Assembly (NCBI GenBank): GCA_963713825.1
Contig: CAVQNG010000025.1
Coordinates: forward strand, 352,001 to 416,000
Length of the DNA: 64,000 nucleotides
Source of the DNA: an uncultured Acidobacteriota bacterium
GTDB lineage: Bacteria; Acidobacteriota; Thermoanaerobaculia; Multivoradales; JAHEKO01
Direction: 5' to 3'
The translations under genes were made by a program, and so were the position numbers. The notes beneath the pieces are model-generated. The model worked only from the letters and a program-made list of their open reading frames with translations, was not told the DNA's origin and did not search any database. Positions 18,583-28,264 of the stretch are shown in pieces (position 1 is the first letter of the stretch; each line of letters opens with the position of its first letter).

Positions 18583-19737
18583 TCAGCCGGCTGGCATGGA
18601 CTTCAGGGCCGCCTCGAGGACGCGAAGAAAATGAGCCACATCCCGTTCGCTGTTGTAGACGTGAGGAGAGACCCGAATCGAGGTGCCTCGCACGCTGACG
18701 TGGATCTTCTCCGCCTTCAGCACGGCTGCCATGTGCTGTGGGCTCCGATTCCCGAGTCGCAAGCCTATGAGGTGCCCCGCTCGACGATTCTCTGCCGCTA
18801 CCTGGAGTCCGAGCTGTCGCGCCCGGTCGGCGATCCGTCGGGTCAGGAGTCCGATCGTCGCCTGCACTTCTTCGACTCCCCACTGCAGCGTTTGCTCCAG
18901 AGCCGCGATGGCAGCGGGCAGAAGAGCGAAATTGCTCACCTCCCCGACATCGAATCGCCGTGCGCCTTCGGCGTAGGAATCGGTGTAGCGCGCCACAGCA
19001 GCGAAGTCCTCGGCGTTCGATCGCGCGATCCAGTTTTGCTCGATGGCTCTTCCCTGGCGCCATTGCGGCGCTACCCACAAGAATCCGTAGCTGTAGGGAC
19101 CGAGGAGCCACTTGTAGGATGCAGTAACCAGGAAGTCGGGTTGGATGGCCGCCACGTCCAGAGGCAGTGCACCGATCGACTGGCAACCGTCGACGACCAG
19201 GGCGGCTCCTGACTCCCGAGCCCGCTCACCGACCTGCTCGAGATCCACCAGCGTGCCATCCGTCCAGTGGCAGTGCGGCAGAGCGACGACAGCTGTTCTT
19301 TCGTCGATCGCTGCGAGCACCTGCCGCGTCCAGTCGTCGTCGGCTGGACGTGGAACGGTCAGGACCTCCGCGCCCCTTTCTGCTGCGAGCTGCCGCCAGA
19401 TGTAGACGTTGGAAGGGAACTGCTCGTCCAACACGATGATGTTCCCACCCTGGGGTACCGGCAGGTTGGCGGCAGCGACGGCCATCCCATAACTCACGGA
19501 AGGCACCATGGCAACGCCGTCGTCGTCGCCGCCGATCACCTGTCCAAAGAGCTCTCTCGCCCGCACCAAAGGCGCGAAGAAATCACCCGGCTCGATCTTC
19601 CAAGGTTGAGACTTGTTGCCGAGGCCTTCGACTCCGGCGCTGAGCACCGCACTGGAGAGGGGGCCCATGTAGGCACAATTGAGATAGGCCACATCCTCCG
19701 GCAGATCGAAGAGGTGCCGTTGGCAGGGTAGCGTCAT
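18583..19737 (-). CDS. Class V PLP-dependent aminotransferase-fold enzyme
   Basis: YLNCAYMGP, VDGCQSIG, SYKWLLGP (PLP Lys) and IRVSPH. Confidence 0.85.
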   Translation of the reverse strand: MTLPCQRHLFDLPEDVAYLNCAYMGPLSSAVLSAGVEGLGNKSQPWKIEPGDFFAPLVRARELFGQVIGGDDDGVAMVPSVSYGMAVAAANLPVPQGGNIIVLDEQFPSNVYIWRQLAAERGAEVLTVPRPADDDWTRQVLAAIDERTAVVALPHCHWTDGTLVDLEQVGERARESGAALVVDGCQSIGALPLDVAAIQPDFLVTASYKWLLGPYSYGFLWVAPQWRQGRAIEQNWIARSNAEDFAAVARYTDSYAEGARRFDVGEVSNFALLPAAIAALEQTLQWGVEEVQATIGLLTRRIADRARQLGLQVAAENRRAGHLIGLRLGNRSPQHMAAVLKAEKIHVSVRGTSIRVSPHVYNSERDVAHFLRVLEAALKSMPAG

Positions 19738-19760
19738 GGGAAAGGAGCCTCGCTTTTCGG

Positions 19761-20960
19761 TCAGAGAACGGCCGCAGTGGCATCACAGATCCGCGGTATG
19801 TTGTCGGGAGTCATGGCGGCGAAATTGACCCGCCCCGAGCCGACCACGTAGATGGCGTGATCCTCGCGCAGTTGCTCTACCTGGGCTCGGGTCAAACCCG
19901 TAAAGGAGAACATGCCGTTCTGATGCAACAGGAAGTCGTTACCCTCCGAGCTCAGTAGCACGCCACGCTCGTCGAGGCCGGCCACGAAGAGCTTTCTCAT
20001 GCCGTCGATGCGCTGCCGCATCTGGCTCAATTCCCCCTCCCATTCCTGTCGAAGGGCGTTGTCCCCGAGAATCGTTGTGACGATGGCTCCGCCATGGGCC
20101 GGTGGGTTGGAGTAGATGGATCGAATGCGGAGCTTGACCTGGCTGGTGATGGCATCGACGGCATCGGCAGTGCTGGCGACGATCGTCAAGGCGCCGACGC
20201 GCTCGTTGTAGAGGGCGAAGTTCTTGGAGAAGCTGCTACAAATGATGGCCTCGGGCACCGCGTTGCAGAGAGCTCGGAGGCCTTCTACGTCGGCTTCCAG
20301 GTCAACCGCGAATCCCTGGTAGGCGAGATCCACCAAGGGTAGAAGACCCTGCTTCTCGAGCCTTGCTGCCAGGACTCTCCACTGATCCGGTGTCAGATCG
20401 GCTCCAGTGGGGTTGTGGCAACAGCCGTGCAACAGAATTACATCGCCCTTTGGAATCCCTTCGACAGCTGCCAGCATGGCCTCGAAATCGACCTTGTTCG
20501 TTGATTTGTCGAAGTAGGCGTAGGTACGAATGGGGAGCCCAGCGGCGCCAAAAACCTGATGGTGATTCACCCAGGTCGGCTCGGGCATCCAGATCGTGGT
20601 CTCTGGACACTGGTCTCTGAGCAGGTCTCCGGCGACTCTCAGTGCACCTGTGCCGCCGGGTGTGTGCGCTGTGAGAACCCGAAGTTCCGTGACGACCTTA
20701 CTCGATTCGTCGAGCAACAGTGATTGCACTGCCTGGCCATAGGCCTCGGTGCCTTCGATGGCGAGGTAGGACATGCTCGTCTGTTCGTCGAGAAGACGAG
20801 CCTCGGCCTTGGTAACCGCGGCCAGGACCGGTGTCTGGCCCTGCGCGTTTTGATAGACGCCGATCCCAAGGTTGATCTTGCCGTCTCGTGGATCGGCACG
20901 AAAGGCCTCGCTGAGACCGAAGATCGGGTCGGGTTTTGCAGCTGGAATACGTTCGAACAT
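19761..20960 (-). CDS. aspC: Aspartate/aromatic aminotransferase
   Basis: KINLGIGVY, GGTGALR, LHGCCHNPTG, DLAYQGF, SFSKNFALYNERVG and QNGMFSFTGL. Confidence 0.93.
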   Translation of the reverse strand: MFERIPAAKPDPIFGLSEAFRADPRDGKINLGIGVYQNAQGQTPVLAAVTKAEARLLDEQTSMSYLAIEGTEAYGQAVQSLLLDESSKVVTELRVLTAHTPGGTGALRVAGDLLRDQCPETTIWMPEPTWVNHHQVFGAAGLPIRTYAYFDKSTNKVDFEAMLAAVEGIPKGDVILLHGCCHNPTGADLTPDQWRVLAARLEKQGLLPLVDLAYQGFAVDLEADVEGLRALCNAVPEAIICSSFSKNFALYNERVGALTIVASTADAVDAITSQVKLRIRSIYSNPPAHGGAIVTTILGDNALRQEWEGELSQMRQRIDGMRKLFVAGLDERGVLLSSEGNDFLLHQNGMFSFTGLTRAQVEQLREDHAIYVVGSGRVNFAAMTPDNIPRICDATAAVL

Positions 20961-21196
20961 TCTGGGTCCCCCGATGACCTCTCAGAGACGAAATGCCGAG
21001 GCTGAACCACGGCCAGAGGGCCTCTTTGGAGAGGTTGCAGTTCTCACGGCGGCCTCTATGCTAGCACTGGCTCGGCGATCTATTGGCTGGTCTCTGGCGG
21101 GTGTGGCCAGGGCCAAATTGCGATAGGATCCCCGAGTTCGGTTGAGACGTCTCGAGAGCCCCCTCTCGAAAGCCACCATCCAGAGTCGAGTCGATC

Positions 21197-22369
21197 ATGC
21201 AAGGCAGACAACTGCTGGCTCACAGGATCGAGTCGCGGCAGCGACCGCGCAACGGTTGCGGCGTTGGGTTGTGGTTGGTGGTCGCCGTGTGGCTGTGCAC
21301 GCAGCTGGAAGTTCCGGGGATAGGGCACGGCAAGTCACAGAAGCTGGGGCCGAATGAAATCCAGTCCGGGTATCGGGAAGTTCTGTCGATTCTCGCTACG
21401 GGTGATCAGGAGGCGGCGCTGGAGGCGCTCTTCGAGCTCGAGACCGCGGTCGTCGGGGACAAGCAGCCGTGGAAGAGGGTCGAGGACTTCTGGCGTCTGA
21501 AGCTCAGGACGCTGCGCGAGTTGCTGGATGCCGAGTCACTGGCCCTGCTGAAGCCGGTCATCATGTTGCACTACGAAGCCAGTCAGATGTACGTGGAGAG
21601 AGAGCGACCTTTTCTGGCCAGCCATTCTCGAGTCATGAGCGTGGAACTGGCGGAGATCTACGCCGATCGTTCCAATAGCGCCGCCGCCAGAGAGTTCTCG
21701 GGTTGGGTCATGACGAGTCTCGGCGCCATGTTGTGGCACCCGTCTTCGGTGATCTCGAGTGCAGATCTCTTCTATCGAGCCCAGATGGTGGACCCCGGGA
21801 ACTCCACCGCACTGATGGGGCTCGGCGCGGCCTACGAAAGAAATGCCAATTACGAGAAGTCCATCGAGTACCTGTCGCGTCTGCTGGAGATGGAGCCCGA
21901 TGACTCTGTGGCTGCGTTGCACCTGGCCCTTTGCCAGGTGCGCAGCGGCGTGACTCCGCGTGACGAGGGACTGCAGACTCTGCAGGGTCTGCAAGGACCC
22001 GAGGAGCAGGCCTGGGTGCGTTCGATCGCCTATCAGGAGGTGGCTCGGGCCCAGCTCGCCGATGAAGCAGTGGAAGCGGCGGAAGCGACGATCCGTGAAG
22101 GGCTCGAAGCGCTACCAGGTGACCAGGCGCTCGCGCTGCAGCTCGCTTTGGTGTTGGAAGGAAAGCGACGGCCCAAGGAGGCGCTCGTCGTGATCGAGAG
22201 GATCGAGCCAGGGGACGCAGAGTCTGCCTCGCCTCGCCTGCTCTACGATGTTTGGGAGCCGACCGGAATTGAGGAGATCAGGGTGCGGCTGGAGAAGGAC
22301 GCTGCCCTGGGGCTGCCGATTCTGGCCGGCAAGATGGGAGTCGGAGCTCCAGAAGTGGGGGGACAGTGA
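21197..22369 (+). CDS. Exported TPR protein
   Basis: N-terminal hydrophobic segment and TPR-like repeats (DPGNSTALMGLGAAYE, EPDDSVAALHLA). Confidence 0.7.
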   Translation: MQGRQLLAHRIESRQRPRNGCGVGLWLVVAVWLCTQLEVPGIGHGKSQKLGPNEIQSGYREVLSILATGDQEAALEALFELETAVVGDKQPWKRVEDFWRLKLRTLRELLDAESLALLKPVIMLHYEASQMYVERERPFLASHSRVMSVELAEIYADRSNSAAAREFSGWVMTSLGAMLWHPSSVISSADLFYRAQMVDPGNSTALMGLGAAYERNANYEKSIEYLSRLLEMEPDDSVAALHLALCQVRSGVTPRDEGLQTLQGLQGPEEQAWVRSIAYQEVARAQLADEAVEAAEATIREGLEALPGDQALALQLALVLEGKRRPKEALVVIERIEPGDAESASPRLLYDVWEPTGIEEIRVRLEKDAALGLPILAGKMGVGAPEVGGQ

Positions 22370-23538
22370 GAAGGCTGTCGCTCGTTCTGTCTTGCATGGT
22401 GGCGGCAGTGGCCTCACAGGCTGGCGCGTTGGAGGTCTGGTTCGAGCGGCCGAGGCCCGCGGAGTTCGTGTTTGGGGAGGTGGAGGTCCTCATTCGGGCA
22501 GCGCCCGAAGAGGAGGTCGAGACCGTTCAGGTGATCGTCGACGGCCGCGAAGTCGCGCTGTTCGAGCGGCCGCCGTTCAGGGTCGCCGTGAATGTCGGTC
22601 AGGAGAACACGGAGCACGAGTTTCGAGTTGTGGTGCGCAGCGTCAATGGGGAGACCAAGACCGCCGCGGTGGTGACTCCGATCCTCCAGATTGACGAGGT
22701 CGTCGACCTGGGGTTGCAGCAGCTCTACGTTACGGTAAACGGATTTAATGGACGGGTGCTGAATCTCGAGCAGCAGGACTTTCGCATAGTGGACGAAGGA
22801 AAGAGGCAGGAGATGGTGACGTTCGAGCGGGGAGATATCCCTTTGACTGCCGCTCTCTTGCTGGATTGCAGCCTCAGCATGAAAGGGGAGCGACTCGCGG
22901 CAGCGCTACAGGGAGCCAACGAGTTTGTCGAGGAGATGAAACCGCTCGACCAGGCGATGGTGATGCTCTTTTCCGATCGGCTGTTGCGGACGACCGAGTT
23001 CTCCGAGGACCGTGAGTTGCTCAGTCGAGCCCTCACCGATGTCGAGGCGGCGGGAGGCACCTCGATCAACGACCATCTCTTCCTGGCGCTCAGCCGATTG
23101 GAAGCCGTGCAAGGCCGACGCGTTGTGGTGCTGTTCTCGGACGGCTCCGATGTCCACAGCGTGCTGCCGATGGCGGGAGTCCTGCGAAAGGCTCGCAGCA
23201 GTCAGGCCCTGATCTACTGGATTCAGCTTCGGGACCCGGGAGAGGAATCGGAGGTCCCCGAGTACACATCCTCGTGGAGAAACGTCGAAGCCAACCGGAG
23301 GGAGTTCAAGGATCTCCGACAAGCCATTCAAGAGAGTGGAGGGCGGATCGAAGTCGTGGACAACCTCGCGGAGTTGGAAGATGCCTTTGCCGGGATTCTC
23401 GCCGAGCTACGGGAGCAGTACGTGTTGGGTTACTACCCCAGCCAGGCCAATCACGACGGAGCCTGGAGAAATGTGCGGGTCAGGGTCGAGAAGCAAAACC
23501 TGGATGTGCGAACCCGCGAAGGCTACTTCGACTATTAA
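22366..23538 (+). CDS. VWA-domain protein (acidobacterial type) with N-terminal Ig-like domain
   Basis: MIDAS DCSLS...T...FSDG and ELREQYVLGYYP. Signal peptide. Overlaps the TPR gene stop. Confidence 0.88.
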   Translation: MRRLSLVLSCMVAAVASQAGALEVWFERPRPAEFVFGEVEVLIRAAPEEEVETVQVIVDGREVALFERPPFRVAVNVGQENTEHEFRVVVRSVNGETKTAAVVTPILQIDEVVDLGLQQLYVTVNGFNGRVLNLEQQDFRIVDEGKRQEMVTFERGDIPLTAALLLDCSLSMKGERLAAALQGANEFVEEMKPLDQAMVMLFSDRLLRTTEFSEDRELLSRALTDVEAAGGTSINDHLFLALSRLEAVQGRRVVVLFSDGSDVHSVLPMAGVLRKARSSQALIYWIQLRDPGEESEVPEYTSSWRNVEANRREFKDLRQAIQESGGRIEVVDNLAELEDAFAGILAELREQYVLGYYPSQANHDGAWRNVRVRVEKQNLDVRTREGYFDY

Positions 23539-23548
23539 CGGCTGGCGG

Positions 23549-24268
23549 TCAGAAGGCGCCGCCCATCAATCGTCGCCAGTCCTCGAGGGACCCAACCCTC
23601 AAGTAGAGGTTGTCCTCCAGCTCCGTCTCGATTGTCGACGTCTCGGAGGGGCCGTAGTTGTGCCCAGGGTACAGCACGGTCTGCGAGGGTAGCTTGGCGA
23701 GCTTTTGAGTCAGGCTGTAGTACATCTGGTCGGGGTCGCCGCCCGGCAGGTCGACGCGTCCACAGCCCTGCACGAACAGCGTATCGCCAGCCACCAGGCG
23801 GTCGCCGAGAAGGAAGCACTGACTGCCAGGAGTGTGCCCCGGGGTATGCATGAACTGAATCTCCACCTGCCCCAGGGTCAGCTTCTCGCCGTCGTCGGTC
23901 TGGCGCATGTCGCTGTCCGAGACACCGGTGACGACCTTCAGGCCTGCCGCTTCATGCTTGTTGACATAGAGCGGCACCTGGTGCTCCTCCAGTAGCCTGT
24001 TGACACCTTCTACGTGCACTCCCCAGAGATCGCCACCCACGTGGTCGGGGTGGTAGTGGGTGATGAGCGCTCCGACGATTTCGTAGTCGTCTTGCTGCGC
24101 CACCTCGAGAAGCGATGAGACGTCCCAGGCTGGGTCCACGATCAGCGCCTGGCGGCTGCCAACGTCCCCGATCAGGTACATGAAGTTCGCCATCTGGCCA
24201 GCAACGGGATGCTCGACCGCCACCTGGCGGCCCGCCAGCAGCTGTCGGAAATAGAGGTCGTCGGTCAT
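23549..24268 (-). CDS. MBL-fold hydrolase (glyoxalase II-like)
   Basis: THYHPDH, TPGHT, GDTLF.GCGR and PGH. Confidence 0.9.
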   Translation of the reverse strand: MTDDLYFRQLLAGRQVAVEHPVAGQMANFMYLIGDVGSRQALIVDPAWDVSSLLEVAQQDDYEIVGALITHYHPDHVGGDLWGVHVEGVNRLLEEHQVPLYVNKHEAAGLKVVTGVSDSDMRQTDDGEKLTLGQVEIQFMHTPGHTPGSQCFLLGDRLVAGDTLFVQGCGRVDLPGGDPDQMYYSLTQKLAKLPSQTVLYPGHNYGPSETSTIETELEDNLYLRVGSLEDWRRLMGGAF

Positions 24269-24364
24269 GATGCGTTGCCTCCCTCGGGCGGTGTCTGGAG
24301 CCGGTGCTCCGGCTGCCGTGAAGCATAGCCGAAAGCGCTCGGGGGCCTCATCGCGTTGTCGTTC

Positions 24365-25234
24365 TCAGGCGGGGAAGTCCTGCAGCATCCTGGCGGCGAT
24401 CTCCTTGAGCATCTTGGCGGCGACGCGGGCGGTCAGGTCGTGAACATCGCGCAGGGGATTCAGCTCCACGATATCGGCACCGATCAGAGGAGACGGTAGA
24501 GTTTGGAGGATGTCGAGCAACTCGCGGGTCGAGAGACCTCCAGGCTCGGGGTGTGAGACTCCTGGTGCGAAGGCGGGGTCCAGAGCATCCAGATCCAACG
24601 ACAGATAGATGGGTCCCTCGAGATCGTCTGGAAGCCCATCCTCTAGGCGCCAACGACTCATTTCTAGGACTTCCACGCCGAAGCGGTCGGCCTGCTGGCG
24701 TTGGTGCTCATTGAGCGTTCGGATGCCCAGCTGCACCAAACGGGCAACGAGGCCCTCCTCCAAGATCCGACTGAAAGGGCAGGCATGGGACAGGCGATCC
24801 CCGTCGAGCTCATCGTACAGATCTGAGTGCGCATCGATGTGCACGATGGTGAGGCCGGAAAAATGTCGACAGTGAGCGCGCACGATTGGCAGCGTCACGG
24901 AGTGGTCGCCACCCAGGCACACGACCCTCGAGCCGGCGCCGAGAACTTCGTCGATAGAGCGCTCGATCGTCTCGAAGGCTACGTCTCCGGCCTCCAGGTC
25001 CAGATCAGCCAGGACCCGGATGCGCTGCTCATCACTGAAGTCGAGCCCGGACTCAGTGGCAGTGTTGGAAGAGCTCGAATGCAGAGCCTGGCGGATGTGC
25101 GCCGGCCCGGCAGCAGCGCCCCGGAGATACGAGGACTTCTCGTCCCAGGGGATTCCAAGGACGGCGATCGAGCTCTCGGCAAGCCCCTCATGGGCGAAAG
25201 TGCGACTCGTCGAATCGTGACCCGCCATCGTCAT
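24365..25234 (-). CDS. speB: Agmatinase / ureohydrolase family
   Basis: [22 protein letters not shown] and DIVE. Substrate within the family is not certain. Confidence 0.8.
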   Translation of the reverse strand: MTMAGHDSTSRTFAHEGLAESSIAVLGIPWDEKSSYLRGAAAGPAHIRQALHSSSSNTATESGLDFSDEQRIRVLADLDLEAGDVAFETIERSIDEVLGAGSRVVCLGGDHSVTLPIVRAHCRHFSGLTIVHIDAHSDLYDELDGDRLSHACPFSRILEEGLVARLVQLGIRTLNEHQRQQADRFGVEVLEMSRWRLEDGLPDDLEGPIYLSLDLDALDPAFAPGVSHPEPGGLSTRELLDILQTLPSPLIGADIVELNPLRDVHDLTARVAAKMLKEIAARMLQDFPA

Positions 25235-25408
25235 TCTGCTCCCTTATCCGTCGGAGAGTGGGGTTCCCGATCCCTGAGCGATCATGCTAGCAGGGGGCGG
25301 AAGATAGACGCAGGTCTATACCTCACTGGCAACCTCGGTCAGAATATGAATAATCATTGCGTCACCAAACCGCATCCTAGAATCGAGAACGGAGAGGAAC
25401 CCAAGCCT

Positions 25409-26578
25409 ATGGCACGTCTTACCTATATCACCAGCGAATCGGTCACCGAGGGGCATCCCGACAAGATCTGTGACCGGATCTCCGACGCGGTCTTGGACAC
25501 TCTTCTCGAGCAGGACCCCGATAGCCGAGTGGCGGTCGAGTGTCTTGTCACGACCGGGACTGTGATTGTCTCCGGCGAAGTGAGCACCGAGGGCTACGCC
25601 GATGTTCAGCGTATCGCGAGGCAGACCCTGAAGGAGATCGGCTACACGAATCCAGAGTTCGGTATCGACAACGAGGACGCCGGAGTCCTGGTGAGCATTC
25701 ATGAGCAGAGTCCGGATATCGCCCAGGGAGTCGACGAGAAGGATGACAAGGATCAGGGCGCCGGCGATCAGGGCATGATGTATGGGTTCGCCTGCGATGA
25801 GACTCCGGAGTTGATGCCTTTGCCGATCATGTTGGCGCACCGCCTGACCCGGCGACTGGCGGAGGTTCGCCGATCGGGTGAGATCGATGGAATCGGTCCT
25901 GACGGCAAGAGCCAGGTGACGGTCGAGTACGAGGGCGACAAGCCACAGCGCGTCGCTGCCGTAGTCCTCAGCACGCAGCACCTCGAATCGAAGACCACCG
26001 AAGAGCTGCGGCGAGATGTGGCCGACAAGGTCATCGAGCCGATCTGTCAGCAATACATGGATGCCGAGACGAAGATCCATGTCAATCCGACGGGCAGATT
26101 CGTCATTGGGGGTCCGGAAGGCGACACCGGCCTGACGGGCAGAAAGATCATTGTCGACACCTACGGCGGTGTCGGGCGCCACGGTGGTGGAGCGTTCTCC
26201 GGCAAGGATCCGAGCAAGGTCGACCGGTCGGCCACCTACGCGGCCCGCTATGTGGCAAAGAACATCGTGGCGGCAGGGCTCGCCAGTAGGTGCGAGGTGC
26301 AGCTCTCGTACGCCATCGGTGTTGCGGAGCCTGTCAGTGTCAACGTTGATACCTTCGGGACCAATACGGTGCCCGAAGAGCGAATCGTGGAGTTGGTCAA
26401 CCAACATTTCGACTTGACCCCCAGAGGAATCATTGCCCAGCTGGATCTCAAGAAGCCGGTCTACAAGGCGACCTCGGCATACGGCCATTTCGGTCGGCCG
26501 GAGTTCTCCTGGGAGAACACGGACAAGGCCGAGGTGCTGGCAAGCGAAGCTGGCCTTACTGCCGGCTCAGCCGAGTAG
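25409..26578 (+). CDS. metK: S-adenosylmethionine synthetase
   Basis: [33 protein letters not shown] and YGHFG. Start at MARLTY. Confidence 0.97.
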   Translation: MARLTYITSESVTEGHPDKICDRISDAVLDTLLEQDPDSRVAVECLVTTGTVIVSGEVSTEGYADVQRIARQTLKEIGYTNPEFGIDNEDAGVLVSIHEQSPDIAQGVDEKDDKDQGAGDQGMMYGFACDETPELMPLPIMLAHRLTRRLAEVRRSGEIDGIGPDGKSQVTVEYEGDKPQRVAAVVLSTQHLESKTTEELRRDVADKVIEPICQQYMDAETKIHVNPTGRFVIGGPEGDTGLTGRKIIVDTYGGVGRHGGGAFSGKDPSKVDRSATYAARYVAKNIVAAGLASRCEVQLSYAIGVAEPVSVNVDTFGTNTVPEERIVELVNQHFDLTPRGIIAQLDLKKPVYKATSAYGHFGRPEFSWENTDKAEVLASEAGLTAGSAE

Positions 26579-26606
26579 CTCAGCAGAAGGCACGGACTGC
26601 CACTCT

Positions 26607-26628
26607 CACTGTGAAGCGCTGCACAGTG
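26607..26628. promoter_or_regulatory. 22-bp palindrome containing a CRP-like box
   Basis: CACTGTGAAGCGCTGCACAGTG contains TGTGA-N6-GCACA. Confidence 0.45.
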
Positions 26629-26767
26629 GAGGCTTTGTCTCGACCGTAAGATGGGTCCGGAAGGGTCCGAGCACCAGCCCAAACGGCCCCGAGTCGGGAG
26701 GTGTCTCATCGAGCGCGCGAGCCAGGCGGATCCGAACCTTCTTCTTGGGGTGTAAGCTGGTGGCACC

Positions 26768-28264
26768 ATGACACAGTTCGAGCGCATCGGCCGATTCGAG
26801 GTTCTGGATCGGATCGGGGGCGACGCCTTCTCCCTGCTGTATTCGGGCCACGACCCGTTTGAAGATCGGCCCGTTGAGATCCGCGTCTGTGTGGCTTCGG
26901 ACGACGAATACCGCTGGCGCTTTCTGAAAGCCGCCGAAGACTCCTTCTTCCTGCGCCATCACAACATCTCGCGAGTGCTGGAATTCGGTTCTGGCGAGCC
27001 GAAGCCCTACCTGGTGCAGGAGGTCTTTCCAGGGATTTCGCTGAAGGCGAGGATCTACGCGGAGGAGCCTGTCGAAGATGTCGTCAAGCTCTTCTATCTC
27101 CTGCAGCTCGGCCAGGGATTGCAGTACGCCCACGAGCAGGGTGTCCTTCACCGCCAGATCAGCCCGGAGGTGATTCGAGTCGGTGCAGGCGAGAAGATCA
27201 AGCTCAGTGACTTCGGTGTCGCCCAACTGGCCAGTTCGTGGATCCAATTGCAGGTCGGAGGAGCCGCATACCCCGCCGCGGGCTACATTCTGCCAGAAGT
27301 ACTCGCCGGCATGGCACCGAACGAACGTAGTGAGGTCTTTGGCTTTGGAGCGACAGCCTATGAGCTTCTGGCAGCGTGGCCGCCATTCACCGCAGAGACC
27401 CTGCCGGAACTGGTTTCCAAGGTTCTGAATGAGCCCCCCGCGCCCCTTACGAGCCTCTGGCCCGAATGTCCCGAGGAGCTGGAGGCGGTGATTCACAAGT
27501 GTCTGAGTTTCGACCCTCGGCGTCGATACGCGGGGTTGGGTGAGGTTCTGGAGGACCTATCAGCCGTGCTGCCGATTCCCGCAGAGCCGGCGCCAGAGCG
27601 CTCGCAGGAGCGGGAGCCGCTGGGTGAGGATTCGCAGACGGTCTACATCGTGGATCCGGCAACCCTGAGTGGATCCGAGCCCGAGCCCGAGCCCGAGCAC
27701 GAACGTCCGGGAAGGGAGGCCGCGACCGGTCCAGTTACGCCCGGACCCCTGGCGACCGGATGGAGTGCTCTCCGGACAGCAGCCAGCTCGTCCTTGGCGG
27801 CGATGCAAGCGCTCGATGTGAAGTTCAGAATGCCTTCTTGGAACTGGCGCTGGTGGCCGGTGGCCGCCGGCCTTCTCCTCCTGTTCGCAGTCGCAGGATG
27901 GGGTCTGGCGAACCGAGACAAGACGGAGCCTATTCGCGAGGCTGCGGGCCCTGTCGTCATCCCTGCGATACCAGCCGCGCGACAAGAAATGGGACTCCTC
28001 TCTCTGGATGCTCGGCCCTGGGCCGAAGTATCCCGGATCCTGGACGAGAGCGGCGAAGAGGTGCCGTTGGCCGCGCCGACACTGACGCCGACGACCCTGC
28101 AGCTTCCCACGGGCCACTACAGGATCGTCCTCTCCCACCCAAGCGCAGAGGAGAGCCAAGAGTGTCGGGTGCAGGTTTCGTCCGACCGCAGGACCGATTG
28201 CAGCCTCCAGTTCGCGAGCGTCGAAACGCAAGACTATTTTCGGTTGTCCGGGTGGTGGCAATGA
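26768..28264 (+). CDS. Hanks-type Ser/Thr pseudokinase, single TM, C-terminal PEGA-like domain
   Basis: Kinase subdomains are recognisable, but VAIK is VEIR and HRDxKPxN is HRQISPEV; DFG is kept. TM WWPVAAGLLLLFAVAGWGL. C-terminal DARPWAEV...TP...LPTGHY. Confidence 0.82.
   Translation: MTQFERIGRFEVLDRIGGDAFSLLYSGHDPFEDRPVEIRVCVASDDEYRWRFLKAAEDSFFLRHHNISRVLEFGSGEPKPYLVQEVFPGISLKARIYAEEPVEDVVKLFYLLQLGQGLQYAHEQGVLHRQISPEVIRVGAGEKIKLSDFGVAQLASSWIQLQVGGAAYPAAGYILPEVLAGMAPNERSEVFGFGATAYELLAAWPPFTAETLPELVSKVLNEPPAPLTSLWPECPEELEAVIHKCLSFDPRRRYAGLGEVLEDLSAVLPIPAEPAPERSQEREPLGEDSQTVYIVDPATLSGSEPEPEPEHERPGREAATGPVTPGPLATGWSALRTAASSSLAAMQALDVKFRMPSWNWRWWPVAAGLLLLFAVAGWGLANRDKTEPIREAAGPVVIPAIPAARQEMGLLSLDARPWAEVSRILDESGEEVPLAAPTLTPTTLQLPTGHYRIVLSHPSAEESQECRVQVSSDRRTDCSLQFASVETQDYFRLSGWWQ

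Noticed and set aside
18583-19737. Cysteine desulfurase (sufS/iscS) call
   Set aside because: It lacks the catalytic Cys loop (RxGHHC or SSGSAC), so it is left as a generic class V enzyme.
21197-23538. TPR plus VWA pair as a novel system
   Set aside because: Such VWA/TPR pairs are a common paralogous expansion in Acidobacteriota, and nothing distinctive is visible here.
25235-25408. Possible SAM-I riboswitch upstream of metK (CTTATC..., GGCAACC)
   Set aside because: The other conserved elements and pairings are missing, and CCCTTATCC is simply the minus-strand RBS of the agmatinase gene. An Rfam scan would settle it.
24827-25408. Long N-terminal extensions of metK, ligA (56188), the helical protein (27760) and the PTP-like protein (29123) in the ORF track
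   Set aside because: They overlap other genes or repeats, and homology and RBS support downstream starts.
27677-27698. GAGCCC hexamer repeat
   Set aside because: It is an in-frame EPEPEPE linker of the pseudokinase and is ordinary low-complexity sequence.
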